NCBI GenBank assembly: GCA_044892525.1
Contig: CM097885.1
Coordinates: 25,360,001-25,424,000 of the forward strand
Reading direction: 5' to 3'
DNA from: Schmidtea polychroa
Taxonomy: Eukaryota
Length of the DNA: 64,000 nucleotides
Position 1 is the first letter of the stretch. Every line of letters begins with the position of its first letter. A program made the translations under genes and the position numbers. The notes under the pieces are model-generated. The model ran no database searches, was not told where the DNA came from, and saw nothing but the letters and a program-made list of their open reading frames with translations. Below are positions 27,111 through 38,168 of this stretch, piece by piece.

Positions 27111-28802
27111 TTGGCTGAGATGATTGCCGTTGAAAATCGTAAAAAAATGACTCCGATCAATAATTATATACCAAATAACAAATTGCTAACGAGTGATGTC
27201 TTATACACAGCCCCACAACGCATCATGCTTCGACCAAATCCAAATGAATTCTTAATGCAACAGAATAATGATTTTTTCACATTAAACTCTCGTGCACCGG
27301 GACAGCCATTTATTCACAATAATAAACCGTCTCCCAGCGAATCGATACTCAATCAAGCAATGCCCGTGTCAGCACCGCCAGGTACCTTAGATCGATTACC
27401 TCTAAATTATATTATAATATTATTATTAAATTATACTATATTATTATTGATTTATATTATTATTGATATCATATATAAAATCATAATAAATTATTTAAAT
27501 AAGCATCAGCCCACACGAGAGGGTAGCGCCGCACCGGGGCCCAAAAAGTTCCAAATATTAATAGAAAACCCTGGAACAAATAAGACACAAACCGTTTCAG
27601 TTGACACAGACACTACAATTAAAGGTCTTTCTAAAAATTACAGCATATTGACTAATCACAAATGCCGTTTTCTCTTGTCGTATAACGGCAACATCCTTTC
27701 TGACAGTCGTACCTTGGGCGACTATGGAGTGACACCATACAGCGTCATTCATTGTTTGTTGCCACTTTCTGGCGGTTCCTCCGATTCGGAGAATGACTCA
27801 GGCAGCAACCCCAAACAGGCAAAACATAAACGTAGGTCCAACAACCAGCGATCAACGTACTTATGTCAATATTTTTTGGATGAGAATAACTCTCCACTTA
27901 CTTGGCTGATAGCTACCGAACTAGCACTCGAGGAAATCGAGGTAACCAGTTCACGAGACAAATACTGTCGCATATTGCCGTTGATTCCGCCGACGATATT
28001 AAGTAAACTTTCGTCCGTGATCCTTCGTACTTCGCCTACTAGCGTAAAAAACCCATATGAAGAATTGCGTACGGCAATCCTCGATATTTTTAAGGAACCT
28101 ACAGCTGCCGTCTTCACTAAATACTTTAAGACGCAAACTTTGGGCAGCAGAAAACCGTCACAGTTCTTGCAACACGCTATGGCGGAACTAACGCAAATAC
28201 ATCCGGAGGCTGCGGCGGATCAAAAACTCTTGAGGCAATTTTTTCTGTCCGCTTTACCGCCACACGCACAACAAATTTTAGCGCTTTCGTCAACAGCAGA
28301 CGTGGTAGAGCTAGCAAAGATGGCCGACAAGATTAACGAAGTCGTGCCACTTGGTCCGCAACCAACTTGCAGTGTGCAGTTAAGTAGCAGCACTAACCCC
28401 GAAATTTTACCTTCTTCTTCTTCTTCTTTGAAACCTTCGACCGAAGAAGCCTTACTTTGCGCTATTACAGGCCTCACTAAACGCATCAGCGAGCTTGAGA
28501 ATAGCATGTCCACCAGGCGGACAAATGACGACAGACAATATGCCCAAAAATCACACTTTGTGCAAAATACTCGTCAACGTTCACCTTCCCCTGCAACCAG
28601 GAACCTGTGCCGTTTCCATTTTAAGTTTCGTAACAAGGCACGGTTCTGCCATCTAGGTTGCAATTGGCGAGATAAAGCACCATCCTGTCAGATACTTGAC
28701 AAGTGCATATACCACGACAGGTTTGGAGATAAAGCCTTAAAATGCTTCGAAGGCTGCTCCAATTACACAAAACCTAAAGCAAGCAATCAAAAAAACTTAT
28801 AA
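27111..28802 (+). CDS. gag: Ubiquitin-like domain + Gag polyprotein
   Basis: UBL segment FQILIEN..LSYNGNILSDSRTLGDYGV..IHCLLPLSGG; Gag core PLTWL..NPYEELRTAIL..LGSRKPSQFL; two Cys/His knuckles (CRFH..C..C, CIYH..C..C). True start uncertain. Confidence 0.85.
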   Translation: MAEMIAVENRKKMTPINNYIPNNKLLTSDVLYTAPQRIMLRPNPNEFLMQQNNDFFTLNSRAPGQPFIHNNKPSPSESILNQAMPVSAPPGTLDRLPLNYIIILLLNYTILLLIYIIIDIIYKIIINYLNKHQPTREGSAAPGPKKFQILIENPGTNKTQTVSVDTDTTIKGLSKNYSILTNHKCRFLLSYNGNILSDSRTLGDYGVTPYSVIHCLLPLSGGSSDSENDSGSNPKQAKHKRRSNNQRSTYLCQYFLDENNSPLTWLIATELALEEIEVTSSRDKYCRILPLIPPTILSKLSSVILRTSPTSVKNPYEELRTAILDIFKEPTAAVFTKYFKTQTLGSRKPSQFLQHAMAELTQIHPEAAADQKLLRQFFLSALPPHAQQILALSSTADVVELAKMADKINEVVPLGPQPTCSVQLSSSTNPEILPSSSSSLKPSTEEALLCAITGLTKRISELENSMSTRRTNDDRQYAQKSHFVQNTRQRSPSPATRNLCRFHFKFRNKARFCHLGCNWRDKAPSCQILDKCIYHDRFGDKALKCFEGCSNYTKPKASNQKNL

Positions 28803-28834
28803 TGCCACCACTTCTAGCGGCAGAGGTGGGAGGC
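28790..28834 (+). promoter_or_regulatory. Putative -1 ribosomal frameshift signal (gag-pol)
   Basis: Slippery heptamer A AAA AAC (28790-96) just before the gag stop; the -1 frame enters the protease ORF; downstream stem CCACTTCT/AGAGGTGG. Confidence 0.75.
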
Positions 28835-30701
28835 AAAATTTCATCAAAATCAGATTTATTTTTAATAGAAGCAGAGTCAAACGTTTTTAATATATTGTCG
28901 TCTCCTTCCAACAGACTAAAATTCCTTGTCGACACTGGCTCCAGCTTGTCGATCTTACCTAAAGAGTACCTTCCAGACATCAACACTGTCGATATTTCTT
29001 TGAAGGCCGCAAACGGTAGTGTTGTTGAGACGTTAGGTTCAAAGACAATTGCTTTCTCGTTGCCATTTCTGTCCGACCAATTATTTGAGTAGAAATTTTA
29101 TATAGCAGAGGTTATTATCCCCATATTAGGATCTGATTTTTTAAGCGCTAACGAACTACTCGTCGATTGCCGTGGACGCACGTTAAGGATAAATAACCAA
29201 TTAAACTGCAGCACTATTCCCTCAAACATCTTTGAAGATCCACAACGGATAGGAACGGACGATATAAATACTACTCCGTCGAAAACGGTTATAACAATCG
29301 AACACCCAAAAATAGCCGTAGATATTATTAATAGGTGTTTTAACACGCCAATAACTGCAATAAGCGACGTTTCGAAGCCGCTTTACTGCCACACGATCGA
29401 CACAACTTCATCTTTACCAGTTAGATGCAAAATTAGACCACTGTCGAATGAAAAACTCGAATTTGTACGTTCCGAGTTCACTAACCTCTTACATGAGGGT
29501 ACCATTGCACCATTGCACCTGGTCCCAAAAAAAGATGGCACTTTCCGTCCGTGTGGCGACTATCGAAACCTTAATGCTATTACGGTACATGATTCCTATA
29601 GCATGCCGCTTGTTAGTGATATCCTTCACCGTCTTTCAAAGGCAAAGATTTTCTCCACAATCGACCTCGTGAAGGCGTACCATCAGATACCCGTGCGAGA
29701 GTCTGACATAGAAAAAACAGCCGTAATAACTCCGATCGGACTTTTCGAGTACGTGCATATGCCATTTGGCCTTCGTAATTCTGCACAGACCTTTCAAAGG
29801 TATATTGATCAAGTCTTAATGGACCTGCCTTTCGCAGTTCCTTACATAGACGACATTTTAATCGGATCACCTGATTTAGAGACGCATATAACCCATCTGA
29901 CAAGAACTTTAACAGCACTTCGGCAATACAACCTTAAGGTAAACGTTGATAAGTGTACCTTCTTCCAACACGAGACTCGTTTTCTGGGACATTTAATTTC
30001 CGGAGATGGAATCCGACCTCCTCCGGATAGACTAGATACCATAGCCAAATTCCCACTTCCAAAAACAGTTTCACAACTGAGAAGTTTTTTGGGAACGATA
30101 AACTATTGTCATCGTTTTATTCCAGGGGTTTCTGACATTTTGTCACCTCCTTCAGGTCTTGTTTCAAAACCAAAAAAGTCTTTAGTGTCATGGAGCGATA
30201 CCACACTCAGTGCATTTGAAAACGCTAAGTCGGCACTTTCGAAAATTCAAACACTCCATTTTCCCAATGCTGATTTACCCTGGAGTCTGACCACTGATGC
30301 ATCAAACGTTGCTATTGGTGCAGTATTACACCAATTACATAATGACCTTTCTGAACCCTTAGAGTTTTTCTCAAAGAAACTTTCTTCCGCACAACGGAAA
30401 TATTCGGCTTTCGACCGAGAACGCTTAGGCATATATCTTTCAATCAAACATTTCAAGCACTTGCTTGAAGGTCGTCCTTTTGTCATCTACACTGACTACA
30501 AACCGCTAACTTATCTTTTTGGAATGAAAGACCCATCTCCACGACAACAGAGGCAAATCAGTTATATTTCAGAATTTTCTTGCGAAATACGCCACATTGC
30601 CGGCAAAGAAAACGTTATTGCAGACTGTCTTTCCCGCAGTACCAACGCTATATTGCACGATCAGATATTTCCAGTACAGTGCCTCCGCGACAATCCACCT
30701 T
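28802..30701 (+). pseudogene. pol: Gypsy pol, 5' part: aspartic protease, reverse transcriptase, RNase H
   Basis: Motifs FLVDTGS, RPCGDYR, MPFGLRNS, YIDD, LTTDASN and VIADCLSR; in-frame stop at 29090-92; cut at 30701 by element C. Confidence 0.95.
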
Positions 30702-32762
30702 AGTAGGTAGTTAGTGGCTTACGGCAGCAATAGGGGGGGGGGGGGTAAAAAATGTTGCAAACTTTTGATTGCATAACTTTTTCCGTAGACATTTTTTGAT
30801 TACATAATTGTTGCCGTAATGCCCAATGTTTTCTGGGATTTTAAATACAAAATTTTTTTTTTTTTTTTTTTTTTTTCAATAAACAAGCCAAGGATAAATA
30901 TTATTTGGGTGGGTCTCCTTGGTCCTGAGAATTTCAATAGAAAAAGGTAGTCTCCAATAAAAAAGCATGGATTTTTCACACTATAGTGAGAGAGTCTCCA
31001 TAGTCCTAGGATTTTCAATACAAAAAGACGGTTTACACTAAAAAAGTATGGTAATTCAAGGTCTCAGGTTATTTTCAATACAAAAAGGTGGTCTACACTA
31101 AAAAACATGGTAATTTTTTTAAAATAAAGCAAATTATGGGTCTAAAAATTGGATTACAGTAAATTATGGACCTAAAAATTAAATTAAAGTAAATTATGGT
31201 CCAAATTTTTGAATTACATTAAATATTGGGTCTAAAAATTGAATTACAGTAAACAATGGTCAATAATTTTAATTTAAAGTTAAATAAGTAAATTAAAGGC
31301 TAAATTATGAAATTAAAGGAAACAATGGTTCAAATTTTAAATTAAAGCTAAATGAGTAAATTAAAGTAATAATTTTTAAATAAGTAATGTAATAAGTAAA
31401 TTAAGGTTCAAATTAGTAAATTAAGATCCAAAAAAAAAAATTAAATTAAAGTAATCAATGGGTTCAAATGAGTTAATTAAGGTTCTAAAAAAAAATTAAA
31501 TTAAATTAATCAACAGGTTCAAATAAGTTAATTAAGGTTCTAAAAAAAAATTAAATTAAAGTAATCAATGGGTTCAAATAAGTTAATTAAGGTCTAAAAT
31601 TTAAAATTAAAGCAATCAATGAGTTCAAATAAGTAAATTAAGGTCCAAATATTTAAATTAAAGTAATCAATGGGCTCAAATAACTAAATTAAGGTTCTAA
31701 AAAATAAATTAAAGTTAATTAAGGTTCAAAATTTAACATTAAGTAATCAATGGTAAAATAAAACTTTAAATTAAAGTTAAATAAGTAAATTTAAGTAATG
31801 TAATAAGTAAAAAAAGTTAAAGTTAGATTTTAAAATTTATTTACAAAAGTTGGAATAATAGTTGGTGATTGAGAATTGAAAATTTTAAATGAAAATTTTT
31901 AACGTATATTTTTTAAGATAATTTTTAATAGACATTTTTATGAAATATTTTTCAATGTTAATTTCAGATGAAAATTTATATGAAATATTTTTCAATGTTA
32001 ATTTTAGATGAAAATTTTAATGAAATAATTATTTTTTAAGTTAATTTTTATGAATTATTTTTCAATGTTAATTTTAGATGGAAAGTTTTATGTATTATTT
32101 TTCAATAGTAATTAAAGTTGCAAATCATTGTCAATTAATCATTCACTACATGAAATTATTGGTTAAATATGAAAATAAGGGCTATATTTGGTTGTAAATT
32201 ATGGTAAAAAAATTTAAATAAAGTAATACAAGGATAAATAGGTAAATTAATGTTTTATTTTTAAATTATAGGTTAAATACTTTAAATTAAAATTTATAAA
32301 CAAAAGTTGGAATAACCAACCGCTTCTGAGACATAAAAATTTAAAATAAAATTTTTAAGAAATAATTTTTTAAAGTCAAATTTTAATATAAACTTTTATG
32401 GAATAATTTTTTTAAGTTAATTTTTATTGAAAATATTTATGAAATATTTTTTTTAAGTTAAATTTGAATAGAAATTTTTATGGAATAATTTTTGAAGCTA
32501 ATTTTAAATAGAAATTTTAATGAATTAATAATTGTCAAAGACAAATTTAAATGGAAATTTTAATGAAATAATTTTCAAAGGCAAATTTAGATGCAAATTT
32601 CAATGATAATAAAAATTAATAATAAAAATAATAATAAAAAATAATAAAAATATTAATAATAATTATAATAATAAAAAATAATGAAAATCATAATAAAAAA
32701 TAAAATTAAAAATAATAATAAAAATAATAATAATATTGATAAAAATAATAATAATTATAATC

Positions 32763-32867
<105 letters not shown>

Positions 32868-33295
32868 CAATCGGATACCAACAACTATCAGGTACAACTA
32901 GATACCAAGTACATACAACCAACTACTAAGTACCTACAACTATGTACTAACAACCAACTAAGTATTCTTTATTGTATTTTATCAAATGATTTTTAAATTA
33001 ATTTTTTATCTGTCTTCAAAAATATGTTTAATTACAATCAGTAGAAAAAATCTTTTCAAAATGTCTAAATTTAACAAAAATGAATAATTGTCAACTCATC
33101 ACTACTTGGAATTCAAAATAATTTAAATTACAATGAAATACTAATGAATTCTAATTTACAAAACATTCTTCTTTTAATTGATAACTACTGACTTATTATT
33201 GCAAAGTAAAAATCACATTCAATAACTACTTATTGTTGATCAGTTTTATTATATATATACTGAGTTTATCCGACAGGATATTTTGACCCCCTAAG

Positions 33296-33365
33296 GGTAC
33301 AGGTCGTAAGGGTACTGGTCGTAAGGGTATTAGTCGTAAAGGTACTAGTCGTAGGGGTATTGGTA
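33296..33365. repeat. 15-bp tandem repeat (GGGTACTGGTCGTAA-like), mirrored at about 43000-43070
   Basis: Four to five degenerate units read directly. Confidence 0.8.
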
Positions 33366-35230
33366 ACACTCAACCACCACCTACCAAGTACTAACAACCA
33401 ACATCAACCAGCTAACAACTAAATACCAAGTACATACAACCAACATCAACCTGGTACTAAGTATTATCAACCTACAACTATATAACAATCAGTAAACAAT
33501 ACTGTACCAACTACCAAATACAAGATACCAACAACTTAGTACCAACAACCAGTAACTTACGAACATGTACTAACAACCAAGTAAAAACAATCAAGTAATA
33601 ACAAATATATCTTTAAAAGAAAATCCTCTTCACTTGCAATATTGGTAACACTCAATCCCCACCTACTCATTAATTAGCTACCATGTACTAACCACTAGGT
33701 TTCAAACAACTAAATACTAAACACTTACAACCATGTACTAACAACCACCATCAAAACCCATCGAGAAATTAACAAATATATACAACTATATGACAACAAT
33801 CAGTAAACAACACTGTACCAACTACTAAATACAAGATACCAAGTACCAACAATCAACTAACAACACATAAAAATAATAGCAATTAAATACAAAATATTCT
33901 TCATCACATGCAATATATTCTTGTCATCATCTACAACTAAACTCTATCAATCAGATACCAAATATTAACAACCAGATACTTACAACCAACAACTATGTAA
34001 TAAAAAATTGATCTTTAAAAGAAAATACTCTTCACTTGAAAAATTGGATGAAAAATTAATAAAAAAAATGCAATTCATTAATTAACTGATTACCAGTACT
34101 TGTATGATTTTCCAATAACTAGATAAAAATTAAATAAATCATTGTAAAAATTTAAATTATTCAAAACATAATAAATAACAAAATGTAATGGACGAAAGAA
34201 CTTTAAATTCTAGTCATTAATCATCCAGTAAATAAAAAAAATACTGATCATTTAAGTTAATCAACTAAGATAATAAAGATAATAAGATCTAGTAGATAAT
34301 TTATTTTGATTGAATAAATTAACTGAAATAAATTAATTCAGTATGAATTCATTACCATTATCAAAGTCAACAATCTACAATAAAAATAATTATCATTAAA
34401 TTCCAAAAGAGACTAGATAACTAATGATGACATCTAATAAACCAGTAAATTCATTTAAATGTCAATAATTGGTATATCCAAGTAAATTTTCTACTAAAAT
34501 CATCTAGAAAGCATCAAATTTCCATGAAATATCAATGTCTTTAAAGATAAGTATTTTATCGATAAATACCCTTAAAAGGCTATATATTTCCCTCAGACTA
34601 AAAGGATTGCTTAAAATCCCGTTTAAATGACTATAATTATATCTTTAATTCCTATTATCACTAATATTTCCCTATAAAACATGTAAAATCATTAACTCTA
34701 AACAATTTATAAAGTCTAATGACAAAAAACAGTTATAATTAAATTTTTGTTCTAAAAATAAATCACTGTAATCGAAATTTAAAATAAATATTGCTTGAAA
34801 TTTGACTGTACAATATAACTGAGTAGTTGCATAGAAAGATTCAATTTATCCATATTTCTTCAAATGATCATTTTTACCAATATCCAACCGATTTAATTAC
34901 TAATTAAAATCACCCGATAGATTTCTCCCAATAAAGATCAATTTTCTTTAGTCGACGTTTTAAATCAATATTTCCAACTTTTGTCGTTGTCCGTCTAAAT
35001 AAAGATAAAAATAATTTAAAGTTGAAGTCAATCCCAATTATCTGTAAAGATTTCATTGTCAAAACCAAGTAAATCGATCATTATCCCTACTTAATAAAAC
35101 AATGTTCTAAATTAATTTACTGTGCATTAATCACAATCTAATAAAACGATATAATTATTATTGATACATAACTGACTAATTACCATTTCCCTTAAAACAT
35201 TGATATTTTACCAACATCACCCTTAAAAAA

Positions 35231-35660
35231 TCATATATTCCCATCTTAACCCATCTCACATTAAATCTAACCGACTATATCTCCCTTACAATGATATATT
35301 CCCACCTTATCTGATCTCTCATTAAAATCAATCGACTATATCCCCCTTACAATGATATATTCCCATCTTAACCCATCCCTCATTAAATTTAGCCGACTAT
35401 ATCCCCTCAAAAGATCATATTCTCTCATTAAAGTCAATCGACTATATCTCCCTTACAATGATATATTCCCATTTTAACCCATCCCTCATTAAATTTAACC
35501 GACTACATCCCCTCAAAAGATCATATTTTCCCATCTTAACCGATCTCTCATTAAATCCCACCAACTATATCCCCCTTAAAAGATCATATATTCCCACCTT
35601 ATCCGATCTCTCATTAAATCTCACCGACAATATCCCAGCTTAATCGATCTCTCACCAAAT
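35231..35660. repeat. ~61-bp C-rich tandem repeat, mirrored at about 40385-40815
   Basis: Units start ATATATTCCCA at 35233, 35294, 35355 and onward. Confidence 0.85.
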
Positions 35661-37876
35661 ATTTCGACCCCTTTAAACATCTATCCGACTATATCCATTA
35701 ATTCTACCCACTTGAATCCTCCTTTAATTCAATCAATCCTCTTAAAATTCTTAGAGAATTCTTCAAAAATATGAATTTTTATTAAATGTTATCGACATCC
35801 AAAATACATCTATGAAATAATTTAGTATCTAAATTCGCGTAGTAAAAGATCAAAATTCACTAAAATTTTCTACAAATATTTACCATCAAATACTGGAGAT
35901 GATATATATTAATTGACCATAATTCTTCAACGATTCAACCAATCATTTTCAAGCAATAATAACAAACTAAATCATAAATTTCAAGTAAATTTAAAATATC
36001 TATCCGAGATAAAGTTAACTGGTTTCTTAGCTTATGTTTTTAAAGATCATCAATGTGTAAATATTCTTAGAAAATTATTGAAAAAAATTATTTAGTCAAA
36101 TGCATTACAAAGTCATCTAAAATTAAACCAATTACATAATTATTAACCTAACAGTCATTAAAAAAAATTAATTTTTATTTAAAATTTAACAAATTATCAA
36201 GAAATTCAATTAAAATCATCATTAAAGCTTTAAATTTTTTAATAAATCAACATGAAATTCTTAGAAAATAATTGAAAAAAAAAATATTACAAAGTCATAT
36301 CCTATCACGTGATTATTAACCTGACTGTCATTAAAAATAATTTTTATTTAAAAAAAAAACCAATCAATTAAAATGCATCCAATTATCAAGAAATTAATTA
36401 AATTTATTTAGAACTAACTTAAAATTTTTAAATATTCATTCAATCCACATGATATTCACGAAAATGATAAAAATTCACAAAAACCATCAACTCTAAAAAA
36501 ATAATTACTAATGAATACCTTAAACACCAAAATTTATCTAAATAATCTTTCAAATTAATTCATTAAAATTGAAGACAACACGCTCTATTTTGTCATTACA
36601 TTCAATTAAAATTAAATAAATCAAGATAAGAACTTTGATAAAAAATATTATTCTAAAATGGTAAAAATTAACACTGTAGTGTTAAATGAAAAGGTAATTA
36701 TTCTTTAAATCTAATTAACTTAGTCATAATTTTCTTTAATTTAACCCTTTATTTACTTAATTTAGTCCTTGTTTACCGAATATAGAAGTTTAAAATATAG
36801 ACCATTGATTACTTTAATTTAAAAATGTATCCCTTAATTTACATAATTTCAATCTAAAATTATTTCAAAAAATTTTTTCTAAAATTGTCATTGAAAAATA
36901 TTTCATAAAAGTTTTCATTTAAAATTTTCATTGAAAAATATTTCATAAAAATTTTCATTAAAAATTATCTTAAAAATTATTCCATAAAAATTTCATTAAA
37001 AAATTTCAATTCTCAAACACCTTCTATTATTTTGTTAATAAATTTAAAATCTTACTTTAATTTGCTTATTACATTACTTATTTAAAAATTATTACTTTAA
37101 TTTACTTATTTAAAATATTTGACCATTGATTACTTAATTTAAAAATTTGGACCTTAATTTACTTTAATTTAATTTTTTAGAACCTTAATTTACTTTAATT
37201 TTAAATTTTGAACCTTAATTAACTTTAATTCAAATTTGGACCTTAATTTACTTTAATTGAAAATTTTAGACCATAATTTACTTAATTGAAATTTTAGACC
37301 TTAATTTGCTTATTTATCTTTAATTTACTTAAGTTTAAAAATATATACCATAATTTACTTAATTGAAATTTTAGACTTTATTTTAGAACTCAATTGAAAA
37401 TTTTAGACCTTAATTTCATGTAAAATTTTAGACCATAATTTACTTATTTGAAAATTTTAGACCTTAAATTGCTTAATTGAAAATTTTAGACCTTAATTTG
37501 CTTATTTATCTTTAATTTACTTTAATTTAAAATTTTAGACCATAATATACTTAATTGAAAATTTTAGACCATAATTTCATGTAAAATTTTAGACCATAAT
37601 TTACTTATTTGAAAATTTTAGACCTTAATTTACTTAATTGGAAATTTTAGACCTTAATTTGCTTATTTATCTTTAATTTACTTAAGTTTAAAAATATATA
37701 CCATAATTTACTTTAATTTAAAATTTTAGACCTTAATTTACTTAATTGAAAATTTTAGACCATAATTTACTTAATTGAAAATTTTAGACCTTAATTTACT
37801 TAATTGAAAATTTTAGACCATAATTTTAATGTAAAATTGTCATTGAAAAAATTTTCATTTCTCAGGCGCTGTTTAT

Positions 37877-38168
37877 AGTAGGTAGATAGTAGCCCACTGC
37901 AGCAATGACCCCCCCCGGGGGGAGGGGGGGTTCTGCTGCAACTTTTTTTTTGCTGCAACTTTTGATTGCGCAATTGTTGCAACTAGTTTTTTTTTTGTTG
38001 TATTTTTTTTTTGTATTATTACGCAATTGTATTATTTTTTTTTTCTAGAATTTTCAATACAAAAAAAAAACAAGTTGCAACAATTGCGCAATCAAATGTT
38101 GCAGCAAAAAAAAAAGATGCAGCATAAAAAAAAGGCTTGCATTTGCAGCGGGCTCCTAACTACCTACT
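37877..38168. mobile_element. 292-bp mini-element with inward-facing AGTAGGTAG termini at the axis of palindrome C
   Basis: Left end AGTAGGTAGATAGTAGCCC; right end (reverse strand) AGTAGGTAGTTAGGAGCCC; both carry TTTGATTGCGCAATTGTTGCAAC, as in the 53890 terminus family. Confidence 0.85.

Noticed and set aside
17216..30486. Antisense or overlapping ORFs within the LRR gene, integrase, polB and gag-pol
   Set aside because: Shadow frames of real coding sequence.
35231..35660. Regularly spaced repeats resembling a CRISPR array (also 60941-61345)
   Set aside because: Whole units are repeated with no unique spacers, there are no cas genes, and the context is eukaryotic.
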